Virus record (IMG/VR): IMGVR_UViG_3300021084_000006
Location: 51,815 to 71,814 of that record
Strand: one strand, 5' to 3'
DNA length: 20,000 bases
From: an uncultured virus (IMG/VR IMGVR_UViG_3300021084_000006)
Taxonomy: Duplodnaviria; Heunggongvirae; Uroviricota; Caudoviricetes
In this document: positions 8,647 through 16,747 of the stretch, piece by piece
Layout of the letters: every line of letters starts with the position of its first letter
Position numbering within the stretch: the stretch's first letter is position 1
Notes under the pieces: model-generated
Database searches by the model: none
What the model was told of the DNA's origin: nothing
Seen by the model: the letters and a program-made list of their open reading frames with translations, nothing else
Made by a program: the position numbers and the translations under genes

Positions 8647-9810
8647 TTAATTTAGTTTTATCTTTTGTCCTGGTAATTCATCATTTATCTCTGATATACT
8701 GCTATGTACCCATAGGGTATTTTTTGGACAGTCATCAGGAGAATATGCTTCACCGTCTGTTAAATATATAAGAGCTGTATAAACTCCTTTCTTTTCATTA
8801 TAGTGATCAATTACTGGTTGGAAGCTTGTTCCACCACGACCATGTATTTCCCAATCTTTTTTAGGATTGAATTCTTTTACACTTTTAAGCTGTGTATCAC
8901 ACTGTGCAACTGTAATCTTATGACCAGTTTTATGCATATGTGCTAACTCAGAGAAGAATTCTTTTAGTTCTTCTGTATTTACAGATCCTGATGTATCAAC
9001 ACCAACAAGTATGTGATTCTTAAACTTTATCTTTAAACCTGGATTCTCAGAATAACGTTTATTATACTTACGTCTCATTTTTCTAGTGTAAACTATACTT
9101 GAATTACCAACAAACCTTCTTAAGTAAGCTTTCCAATTAAACTTTGCAGGTTCAACATGCATTAACTTGTGAATTAGTTCTGCTAACTCTCCTGGCACAC
9201 TACCTTGCTTTTTAAGAGTTTCTTGTGTTGCTTCCTTAAGCTGATGATCAACCTGTTTTTGTACAAGCTTTTTATCTGCTTCAGATAAATCATCAAATTC
9301 ATTCCATGTACCATGACAATATTGTGATTCACCATTCATTTCATCCATTAGATTATCTAATGAAGGAGAACTCCCATCTTGCTGCGCTTGTTCCAAAAGT
9401 TTATAATATTCTTTTGTTCCTGCTTTAGTAGGAAGATTTAATTCAGGAAAACTTGAGAGTAATAAACCACCTTCAGGTAATTTACTTTCCAGTATGTACT
9501 GGTTGATCTCTAAATCAGCAGCTATGTTAAATAACTTATGATTAGAATATAGATCTCTCATTACTAAGTGCCCAAATGCAATGTGTAATAGCTCATGCTT
9601 TACCAAACCATACCTATGATCTTCACTTAAGTTTAAGTAAAAATCAGGATTGATTGTTAACTGCATGCCAATACCGTGTTTACTAACACCTGCTGTAGGT
9701 ATTTTATCACTGTATTGTTTATTTATACCAATTAAAAAAAGCCCGTAAAAGGGCTCTTCAAATATTAAACTTTTAGTTGTCCGTGCAACTATATCTTGTA
9801 TGTTCATCAT
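8647..9810 (-). CDS. HEXXH metallopeptidase-like plus vWA domain protein (DUF2201-like)
   Basis: HELLH and NIAADLEINQ in the N-terminal part. MIDAS DTSGS, GRGGT and LTDG in the C-terminal part. Confidence 0.92.
   Translation of the reverse strand: MMNIQDIVARTTKSLIFEEPFYGLFLIGINKQYSDKIPTAGVSKHGIGMQLTINPDFYLNLSEDHRYGLVKHELLHIAFGHLVMRDLYSNHKLFNIAADLEINQYILESKLPEGGLLLSSFPELNLPTKAGTKEYYKLLEQAQQDGSSPSLDNLMDEMNGESQYCHGTWNEFDDLSEADKKLVQKQVDHQLKEATQETLKKQGSVPGELAELIHKLMHVEPAKFNWKAYLRRFVGNSSIVYTRKMRRKYNKRYSENPGLKIKFKNHILVGVDTSGSVNTEELKEFFSELAHMHKTGHKITVAQCDTQLKSVKEFNPKKDWEIHGRGGTSFQPVIDHYNEKKGVYTALIYLTDGEAYSPDDCPKNTLWVHSSISEINDELPGQKIKLN
9734..9758 (-). terminator. Terminator-like hairpin inside the 5' end of the vWA gene
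   Basis: Minus strand reads AAGAGCCC-TTTTAC-GGGC followed by 7 T, about 50-75 nt after the start codon. Confidence 0.45.
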
Positions 9811-9812
9811 AT

Positions 9813-10103
9813 CTATATAATTTTATCTAATATTTTTTTATAAGTTTCTTCATTATATGTACCACCAATATCAATAAGTATACATTTTATTGTAAGAGAA
9901 CCTAAAGAATATTTAATGTTTCTACTTTTCAAAAACAATTTTCTTGCATCATAATGCAAAGCTTTAGCAAATAGCTTATCAGTTATATATTTATCTTGTA
10001 ACTCTAAACTATTATAACAATGCATTCCTAAATCAAAATCAACAGGTAGGCCATTAAGTAATCTTAAAATATTAAAGAAATCACTTTTCTTTATTACATT
10101 CAT
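9813..10103 (-). CDS. Hypothetical protein, 96 aa
   Basis: Fills the gap between the resolvase and vWA genes. Its N-terminus resembles a motif in the two BRCT-like paralogs. Confidence 0.75.
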   Translation of the reverse strand: MNVIKKSDFFNILRLLNGLPVDFDLGMHCYNSLELQDKYITDKLFAKALHYDARKLFLKSRNIKYSLGSLTIKCILIDIGGTYNEETYKKILDKII

Positions 10104-10479
10104 CAGTTAATATTTCTATCCATACTCCAGGATTCTGTTTATCATATGTATATTGAATAAATACAGGAAGAATAAACTCTGCATTATCATCCTCAATCCA
10201 ACCCGCTTTAACCATATCATCTTGAACTGTTTGTGCAGGATTGATGTAATCAAATTTATGTTTGGTACCCCTTACAAATGTAAAAGATATCTTAGCCGGC
10301 AAAGTACATTTAGATAATTCTGCTTTAAACTCTTCAGCATACTTTTCATAGTATTCTTTAGTAAGCTTTCTATAGTTAACTACTGTCTTACTAGCTATAA
10401 AGTATTTACCCGTCCATCTTCTTCCATTTTTACTGGAAGGTACGGAACCTGGTATCCACCATTTTTTTGGTTTTTTCAT
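10081..10479 (-). CDS. RusA-like Holliday junction resolvase
   Basis: PGSVPSSKN, KFDYIN...VQDDMVKAGWIEDDN and a C-terminal GVWIEI strand fit the RusA D-x2-N...D...DD pattern. Confidence 0.8.
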   Translation of the reverse strand: MKKPKKWWIPGSVPSSKNGRRWTGKYFIASKTVVNYRKLTKEYYEKYAEEFKAELSKCTLPAKISFTFVRGTKHKFDYINPAQTVQDDMVKAGWIEDDNAEFILPVFIQYTYDKQNPGVWIEILTDECNKEK

Positions 10480-10480
10480 A

Positions 10481-11455
10481 TTATTTATTAAGTGTTTGCT
10501 TTAGTAATGGTTTTAATGCTTCATGTAACTTATCAAAGCCATGTTTTTCCATAGCATCTGATATGTCTTTGCATATAGTTAAGTAACATCCTTGAATATT
10601 ATATGCATTTGCATATCTTTCAATTGCTTTAAAACCTGCTTCATCATTATCAAACAATGTAATAACCTTTTTATACTTTTTTTTAAAGTTTTGTATAATG
10701 TGAGGTTTAATTATAGTATTCTCTGAGTCTGGTGCTACAACTTCAACGTTATAACCCATACTTTTTAAACACATTGCATCTTTTAATGATGAACATATTA
10801 CTAAATAAGGTTTCTCATATTTCAATTGATCTAGTCCCTGAAGATAAGTATTAACTTTATGAAATCTATGTTTACTCTTGGGTTGATATATTTTATATAC
10901 TTCTCCATGTTTATTAAAGTAACCATAAATTCTTGGTGCCTGTATTTTCAATGTATTAATGTGGCCATCTTCTTGCTTTATGAGATTATAATACTCAATT
11001 GGCTTGACATTATACAAATCCAACATAGACATACCTATCCTATAGGATAACCAGTAATCTGCATCTAATTGATTCCAAGGTCTGTGTTTTATAAAATCCA
11101 CTTCCCATTTAGATACAGGTTTAAATTCAATTTTAGCTTTACCATTCTGCTTGACATATATATTATAGTCAGATATAATTTTCATTACAGCTTTAGTATA
11201 ACCAATATTAAACATAAGTTTTACTAAGTCAACTTTATTACCATTATTACCAGTTGAGAAGTCTTTAAATTTATATTGACTTATTCTTGGGTCAACATAA
11301 ACACAAAAGCTTGGTGTTTTCTCATTAGGATTAAATACTGAATGTATTTTATATCCTGGTCCTGTTAAGGTTTCTGATAAATTTAAATAATATTGAAACA
11401 CCCAATAACTTGGTATATCATCTATTTCTAATACTAAATTTTTAGTGTTAAACAT
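10481..11455 (-). CDS. DNA primase (TOPRIM), probable start MFNTK
   Basis: N-terminal SVFNPNEKTPSF/FKDFSTG region, then SSLKDAMCL, FDNDEAG (DxD) and KDISD. The ORF-track start at 11485 lies inside a terminator hairpin. Confidence 0.85.
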   Translation of the reverse strand: MFNTKNLVLEIDDIPSYWVFQYYLNLSETLTGPGYKIHSVFNPNEKTPSFCVYVDPRISQYKFKDFSTGNNGNKVDLVKLMFNIGYTKAVMKIISDYNIYVKQNGKAKIEFKPVSKWEVDFIKHRPWNQLDADYWLSYRIGMSMLDLYNVKPIEYYNLIKQEDGHINTLKIQAPRIYGYFNKHGEVYKIYQPKSKHRFHKVNTYLQGLDQLKYEKPYLVICSSLKDAMCLKSMGYNVEVVAPDSENTIIKPHIIQNFKKKYKKVITLFDNDEAGFKAIERYANAYNIQGCYLTICKDISDAMEKHGFDKLHEALKPLLKQTLNK

Positions 11456-11468
11456 ATTAATCAAATTG

Positions 11469-11495
11469 AAAAAAAAAGGGGGCATTACACCCCCT
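11469..11495 (-). terminator. Intrinsic terminator
   Basis: Minus strand reads AGGGGGT-GTAAT-GCCCCCT followed by a long T run, just downstream of the SSB-like gene. Confidence 0.88.
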
Positions 11496-11517
11496 CTAAT
11501 TTTAGGTTAATTTCTGA

Positions 11518-12192
11518 CTACAGATCAAAGTCACTTGCTGATGAAGTTGTTGGCTCAAAGCTTGTTGTTGCTGGAGCATCTGTTTTAACAACTTTTCTTA
11601 AGTGAAGAGGATTGTTAGAATCAAATGTAATTAATTTAGATGACTCTACATCAAGTGCTTCTATTGGCACATTACCTTTACTCATTTTTGGTAGAAACAA
11701 ATCATTGTTAATATAACCTTCTTTGTTTTCCCATTCACGTGCTGCAAGGCATACGTTTACAAAACCTGAATTAGAAAAGATACCATTACATGCACTCATG
11801 AATTCTTCAATTGTGTTTGCACTAATCTTATCTAGATCCGCTCTTTTGTTTAGAGTTTCAGCTAAAAATACCATAGCTTTCATAACTTCATTGTCACGGC
11901 TAATCTCATTACCATTAGGAAGAATAGTATCTTTATATGCATAAGGGCTAAACCTTACTCTACCTACTTGACCTGAATAACGTGGTCCATTAGGATTATT
12001 TTGATCTACTAAAAATCCTTGAAATTCACCTGTTACAGGCTCACTTTCTACATGCAATGTAATGTTATATGCATTTGCATCATATGGTGTTTGATCAAAA
12101 GTAACAGAGTTAATCTTTACTTTTTGGTTACCTGTTCCAATAACTGGTTTTTCTTTGCCTGATCCGGCTGTCATTCCTTGTGTGTTAAACAT
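11518..12192 (-). CDS. Probable single-stranded DNA-binding protein
   Basis: Lies between the Sak4-like ATPase and the primase. It is beta-rich and has a flexible tail ending in acidic/hydrophobic SDFDL. Inference from context. Confidence 0.55.
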   Translation of the reverse strand: MFNTQGMTAGSGKEKPVIGTGNQKVKINSVTFDQTPYDANAYNITLHVESEPVTGEFQGFLVDQNNPNGPRYSGQVGRVRFSPYAYKDTILPNGNEISRDNEVMKAMVFLAETLNKRADLDKISANTIEEFMSACNGIFSNSGFVNVCLAAREWENKEGYINNDLFLPKMSKGNVPIEALDVESSKLITFDSNNPLHLRKVVKTDAPATTSFEPTTSSASDFDL

Positions 12193-12227
12193 AATTTTTA
12201 CTTTTTAATTATTGATTTTTAAATAAA

Positions 12228-12911
12228 TTACTCTTCATATTTTTTAATGCAGTCTTTTACATACTGCAGGTTGTTTGGGATGAAGAAGTCTTCAAACATA
12301 CCTTGTGGTGATTTACATGTGTTCTCTCCATTGTTTTGAGTTTCAAAACCATATTCAAGTTCACCATCATCATTTTTATTTACCTTTCCAAATAGAACTA
12401 TAGAAAACAGACCTTCCAAAGTTAGTGTGTTATCTATCATTTTACCAATGGTTTTTGCTTTAATTTTTCTATTACCATTGATATCAGTTGAATCTTCAGA
12501 ATGAGTTAAAAATATTACAGTTAAGTCATCCCTTAGATCTTTAGGCATTTTAGCTACTGTAGCTAAGTTTGCTGCAATCTGGGTAAACTTATCATAACCT
12601 TTCTCATTAGCTCTATCAAAGTATTCAAAAGAACTCATATACTGCCAATCATCAATAACTAATGTTTTGATCTTTGGCATTTTTTGATCTACATGTGTAA
12701 TTGCCTTCATTATTCCAGCTGCTGATGAAGAAGAAGCCAAATTACCTTTTGGATTTTCTTTATTGATTGCTGTATAATTAGATTTCCAACCTTTAAAAGG
12801 TAGTGGTTTGTTTGCAATGTTAATTATAAATGTTTCATCAGGATCTAAGTGTCTAATTGATGTTGATTTACCTGTACCTGAATCTGCTATTATTAATATG
12901 CTGTTTGCCAT
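12228..12911 (-). CDS. AAA_24 / Sak4-like ATPase (probable single-strand annealing protein)
   Basis: ADSGTGKST, LVIDD, FLTH, KTIGKM, EGLFSIVL and KSPQGMF motifs. Confidence 0.82.
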   Translation of the reverse strand: MANSILIIADSGTGKSTSIRHLDPDETFIINIANKPLPFKGWKSNYTAINKENPKGNLASSSSAAGIMKAITHVDQKMPKIKTLVIDDWQYMSSFEYFDRANEKGYDKFTQIAANLATVAKMPKDLRDDLTVIFLTHSEDSTDINGNRKIKAKTIGKMIDNTLTLEGLFSIVLFGKVNKNDDGELEYGFETQNNGENTCKSPQGMFEDFFIPNNLQYVKDCIKKYEE

Positions 12912-12914
12912 TAT

Positions 12915-13415
12915 TTATTTTTTTAATATTTTAATTAATTGTTGAAGTGAATTGTTTATCTCATTTAGTTTACCTGCTATTAGATTTTCATCATTGTTAG
13001 ATGGTTTATCATCCGGGTTAGGTAACTCTGCAAAGTCTAGATCTAATTTACCTCTACTTGTTACATCATTAATAACCTTAAGTTCACTTGCAGGAACTAA
13101 ATGTCTTTGGAAACCTGAGTTACTTGTAATCATCTCATACTCTTCTCTCCAGTGTGGATTAAATTTCAGAAGGTACAAAGTTCTCTTAGGATCTTCTGAG
13201 TCATAGTTTATACTTACAAACTCTGTATAAATGTCTTGACTCTTTTCCATCTCACTAGGAAAGAAACTTACATGTAAGTCATCTTTACCTGGTGGTCTAT
13301 ATGCCATCTTAGGTATAAACAGTGCATTTAAATTACCAATAGTTTGAAAGTAATCTTCATGCTCTTCTTTTAATTTATTTACTTTTTGTTTACGTTGTTC
13401 TGGTGTTATTCCCAT
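12915..13415 (-). CDS. Hypothetical protein, probable start MGITPEQ (166 aa)
   Basis: The ATG at 13415 follows the helicase stop and the shared A-rich leader motif. The ORF-track start at 13490 overlaps the helicase. Confidence 0.8.
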   Translation of the reverse strand: MGITPEQRKQKVNKLKEEHEDYFQTIGNLNALFIPKMAYRPPGKDDLHVSFFPSEMEKSQDIYTEFVSINYDSEDPKRTLYLLKFNPHWREEYEMITSNSGFQRHLVPASELKVINDVTSRGKLDLDFAELPNPDDKPSNNDENLIAGKLNEINNSLQQLIKILKK

Positions 13416-13434
13416 TTTTTTACTTTTTAATTTG

Positions 13435-14391
13435 TTATCTGCGTTCTTGTTGACCAGGGGTTTGCATTTCTTCAATCTGCATTTGTTCAAACTTTGCTTT
13501 AAAGAAACTCATTCTTGCATCACCATTTCTTGCTTTCAAAAAGTGTAATACCAAAGTTCTATCATTTTCTATAATATATCTATCTGGCCCATAGAACCTA
13601 ATCTTTTGTTTAGCAGGACGGTTTATACCAATAAGCATATCTGCATGTTGTAACATAGCATCTGAACCAAATATATCTGACTCAAGAATATAATTACCAT
13701 ACTTACCATCTATTGCTCTATCTGGATTATCAATATTTCTATTAAGTTGTGATAGTGAAATAAACAAACATGGATAATCTCTCTTACATTGTGTAAAAAA
13801 CTCACCTAATTCAAATAACATATCTAATGTGTTATTCTGATAAGGTGCTCTCTTTACAAGCATTGTATGATCCAATGTTATAATAGTTTTTTTACCTTTA
13901 TGCTTGTTCATGTACATATCAATTTGCTCACGCATTTGATTTACAGTCATAGGTGTTGAAACTATATCTACCGGATGCTTAACTCTTTCCTTAGCATACT
14001 GATGACATGTATTCAATACATCAGAAGTAAGTATACTACCAGCACTACATAATTCTTTATATGTTTTACCAGTAATAGAACTAAACTCTCTAATAGCTGA
14101 TGTTCTACCAACCATCTCAAACTGAAATTCTAATACTCTAAAATCATCATCTGGATTTAATGCAAAAGATTCTCTTATAATCTGATCTTTAATAAGTGTT
14201 TTACCTGAACCAGGTCTACCACCAATTACAGTTAGAGTATTCCATTCTAAACCATCAGTAGCAGCATCATTAAATTTAGGCCACGGTGTATATATAGACT
14301 TTTCAGTCCCATTTTGTCTACCTTGCATGTATTTTAATGCTTCATTGAATGCGGAATATTGCCCCACCCATCCTTCTGTTGATTTAGCCAT
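13435..14391 (-). CDS. dnaB: DnaB-like (SF4) replicative helicase, C-terminal ATPase domain only
   Basis: GGRPGSGKT, FQFEM, ITLDH, LSQLNR, SDIFGSDAMLQHAD and KARNG motifs. Confidence 0.92.
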   Translation of the reverse strand: MAKSTEGWVGQYSAFNEALKYMQGRQNGTEKSIYTPWPKFNDAATDGLEWNTLTVIGGRPGSGKTLIKDQIIRESFALNPDDDFRVLEFQFEMVGRTSAIREFSSITGKTYKELCSAGSILTSDVLNTCHQYAKERVKHPVDIVSTPMTVNQMREQIDMYMNKHKGKKTIITLDHTMLVKRAPYQNNTLDMLFELGEFFTQCKRDYPCLFISLSQLNRNIDNPDRAIDGKYGNYILESDIFGSDAMLQHADMLIGINRPAKQKIRFYGPDRYIIENDRTLVLHFLKARNGDARMSFFKAKFEQMQIEEMQTPGQQERR

Positions 14392-14542
14392 TCTCTATTG
14401 TATATATAATACTTGTTACATTATCTATGCTTGAATTACATGATTTAGTGTCTGGTTCCCATTCACCATCTCTTAGCATTTGAAAATCTTCAAGTACAAG
14501 GTTTAATTTATTTAATACTTCTGCTTGTTCTTCTACTGTCAT
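14384..14542 (-). CDS. Small hypothetical protein, 52 aa (not in ORF track)
   Basis: MTVEEQAEVLNKLNLVLEDFQMLRDGEWEPDTKSCNSSIDNVTSIIYTIENG*. ATGA overlap with the upstream gene and an 8-nt overlap with dnaB. Confidence 0.8.
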   Translation of the reverse strand: MTVEEQAEVLNKLNLVLEDFQMLRDGEWEPDTKSCNSSIDNVTSIIYTIENG

Positions 14543-15129
14543 ACTACTTTTTCTTTAAATGTTTGTTGTTCTGTGTCTATACCATCTCTGATCATATCAC
14601 AATAATCAGCTAATGTAGAAGACTTAACTTTATGTTTGTCTTGCTTACATATAAAATATTGACTTGTCTGCATATACATATATTCTGCATCTCTGTACTC
14701 ATTCACATACATTCTTGTAGCTTCAAATACTTGATCCCATGTATAATCATATGTCTCAAACAACCATCTAAAAGAACTTGATAACATTTTTACGTTGACT
14801 CTTGCAGGTTTACCACTAGGTAATCTTTGATTTGGAAATATTTCCCTATAGGTATTTATTTTATCAGCAAAGTCTTTACCCATAAGTTGGATGTTTGTTT
14901 TCTTTTTTGCTTTTATAAAATAATTATCTAAGTGTGCTATAAAGACTTTTGCATCTGCTGTTAATTTATATGATTCATTATCAAATGTAACATATCCATT
15001 ATCAACTAATGCTTTTTTGTCATCTTCTGAAATCTTAGGTAAAGCTATCTTTAGTTTCATACCAAATAATATAGCTGCCTGATTTGGACTAAGTTTGTTT
15101 TTGTATATTATTTGGAATAATTCCCACAT
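14539..15129 (-). CDS. Putative replication initiator or helicase-loader-like protein
   Basis: N-terminal winged-HTH-like segment (ALVDNGYV..YKLT) and a helical C-terminal domain, upstream of dnaB. Function inferred from context only. Confidence 0.45.
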   Translation of the reverse strand: MWELFQIIYKNKLSPNQAAILFGMKLKIALPKISEDDKKALVDNGYVTFDNESYKLTADAKVFIAHLDNYFIKAKKKTNIQLMGKDFADKINTYREIFPNQRLPSGKPARVNVKMLSSSFRWLFETYDYTWDQVFEATRMYVNEYRDAEYMYMQTSQYFICKQDKHKVKSSTLADYCDMIRDGIDTEQQTFKEKVV

Positions 15130-15550
15130 AAGTATTTATTAGTTTATTAACTTTATCAAATGCATTCATATAACTTTTATCTTTTATATAAAGCATATCA
15201 TCAACGCTGTTTCTACTGTGCACTACACTTGAATGATCACGTTTAATATATTTACCTACAGCATGGCAAGTATATCTCATAGTATGACCTATATGACAGT
15301 AAATCTTTCTGAACATTACCAAGTCTTTTGTTCTGTTTAATTCAGAAAGCTTATTGATATTTTGTAGTTCAGGATAAAGCGTATGCATAACAGTTATACA
15401 TGCTTTATGTATTTGTTGAAGTGTTGGCCTGTACTCTCCTTCATTGTGTAATTTTTGAAATACAATGATCTCAATTCCATACTGTCTGAGCATAGTTTCT
15501 TTGAACTTAACTATGTCATTATCAAGCCTATTGTGTTGATTATTAGTCAT
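15089..15550 (-). CDS. Standalone DnaA C-terminal (domain IV) DNA-binding protein
   Basis: RTKDLVMFRKIY...AVGKYIKRDHSSVVHS matches the DnaA domain IV basic loop and RDH(T/S)(T/S)V-HA signature. No AAA domain. Confidence 0.82.
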   Translation of the reverse strand: MTNNQHNRLDNDIVKFKETMLRQYGIEIIVFQKLHNEGEYRPTLQQIHKACITVMHTLYPELQNINKLSELNRTKDLVMFRKIYCHIGHTMRYTCHAVGKYIKRDHSSVVHSRNSVDDMLYIKDKSYMNAFDKVNKLINTYVGIIPNNIQKQT

Positions 15551-15571
15551 TTATGTTTATTATCTAGTTTA

Positions 15572-15603
15572 CAAATTTAAGGAAATTTTACCAGTCTATC
15601 AAA
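15572..15603 (-). promoter_or_regulatory. Bacteroidota-type sigma70 promoter (-33/-7)
   Basis: Minus strand TTTG (15603-15600), 20 nt, then TAAATTTG (15579-15572), 21 nt upstream of the ATG at 15550. Confidence 0.72.
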
Positions 15604-16262
15604 GTTTTACCTTGTTTATTTAGTTCTATGTTAGTCTTGTTAAACACGTCATTTGAATCCCAAACACCACCTCTATATGCAGCTGATGCAGGATGTGTAC
15701 ACTTAAGTATCTTTTGATTAGATATTAGTCTTTCCCATGCTTCTGCTTTTTTACCCATTAATATGAAAACAATATCTTTATTGTCTTGATTAATCTTACT
15801 AAACAAATGTTCAGTAAAAGGTTTCCAATTCCAAAAATGAGACCCTATTTTATTTACTTCAACTGTAAGAGCTGTATTAATTAATAATACGCCTTGGTTA
15901 GCCCAACATCTTAAATCAGTATGATCCGTATCAATTGCTTTATTAATATATTGTAAAGACTTTTCTACTTTATCTTTTTTACTACAACTAAATGCTAAAC
16001 CATCAGCTGATCCTAATTGAGGATAAGGATCTTGTCCTACTATAACAACTTTTAGATCATCATATTTACATTCCTTAAATGCATTAAAAATGTCTTTAAA
16101 CTTTGGAGTAAATCTTTTACCCTGTTCAACTAAACTTACTAATGAATCTGTTAGATCATCATAAAGTTTACTATCTATGTAAGGAAATAATACATCTGCC
16201 CAACCTGAGCTTTCTATATCTTTTTTTAAATTGTCTTTTAGAATTATAAGGTTTTTTTCCAT
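15588..16262 (-). CDS. ung: Uracil-DNA glycosylase, family 1
   Basis: VIVGQDPY, ADGLAFS, WANQGVLLIN.ALTV, VFILMG and HPAS motifs. Confidence 0.95.
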   Translation of the reverse strand: MEKNLIILKDNLKKDIESSGWADVLFPYIDSKLYDDLTDSLVSLVEQGKRFTPKFKDIFNAFKECKYDDLKVVIVGQDPYPQLGSADGLAFSCSKKDKVEKSLQYINKAIDTDHTDLRCWANQGVLLINTALTVEVNKIGSHFWNWKPFTEHLFSKINQDNKDIVFILMGKKAEAWERLISNQKILKCTHPASAAYRGGVWDSNDVFNKTNIELNKQGKTLIDW

Positions 16263-16281
16263 ATTTCTTTCAATTTTTGTG

Positions 16282-16289
16282 TATATTTG
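16282..16289 (+). promoter_or_regulatory. Putative Bacteroidota-type -7 promoter element for the plus-strand gene
   Basis: TATATTTG in the 44-nt divergent gap, 17 nt upstream of the ATG at 16307. Confidence 0.62.
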
Positions 16290-16306
16290 TATATAAATCT
16301 TTTATT

Positions 16307-16747
16307 ATGTCTGAAGAAAATCAAAATTTAGAATCAACTGTTACTTATGACTTTTCAAAAGTTATAACAGGTATTACTGTATCAACTGCATATATTTCCG
16401 GTATTTCTAGAATCTTAACTGACATGGTAACAGACTATCCAAATCCAGCAGGACTACCTAAACTATTTAAAAAGTTTGGTACTATAATGCAATTAGAAGA
16501 TGGACAAGAAATCTCTGATGAAACAAGAGAAAATATTAAACTTGATATAAATGAATCTAATATTTATACATTGTTTTCTTTACTTCAACTTCTAAGATTT
16601 TTAGCAAAAGAACAAGGTCTTGAACTTTTAACTGAGACTACTGCTACCAAAGATGATCTAAAAGATCTTGCTGATTTAGTTACAGCAGGTAAATCTACAG
16701 CAGATAAAATCAAAGAGATTAACAGTAAGATGAAAATAGTTAAATAA
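16307..16747 (+). CDS. Hypothetical protein, probable start MSEENQ (146 aa); only credible plus-strand gene
   Basis: Fills a gap with no minus-strand ORF, has protein-like composition and has its own promoter element. Confidence 0.85.
   Translation: MSEENQNLESTVTYDFSKVITGITVSTAYISGISRILTDMVTDYPNPAGLPKLFKKFGTIMQLEDGQEISDETRENIKLDINESNIYTLFSLLQLLRFLAKEQGLELLTETTATKDDLKDLADLVTAGKSTADKIKEINSKMKIVK

Noticed and set aside
3950..11629. Intragenic TAnnTTTG matches (e.g. 3950, 5299, 10251, 10275, 11622)
   Set aside because: Expected by chance at this AT content and not positioned close to start codons.
11445..12193. Identical start ATGTTTAACAC (MFNT) in the primase and SSB-like genes
   Set aside because: Only about 12 nt, AT-rich, with no further similarity; probably coincidence.
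14860..15160. Repeated TTATC(A) as possible iterons or DnaA boxes
   Set aside because: Short, irregularly spaced and explained by Asp-Asn/Asp-Lys codons on the minus strand in AT-rich DNA.
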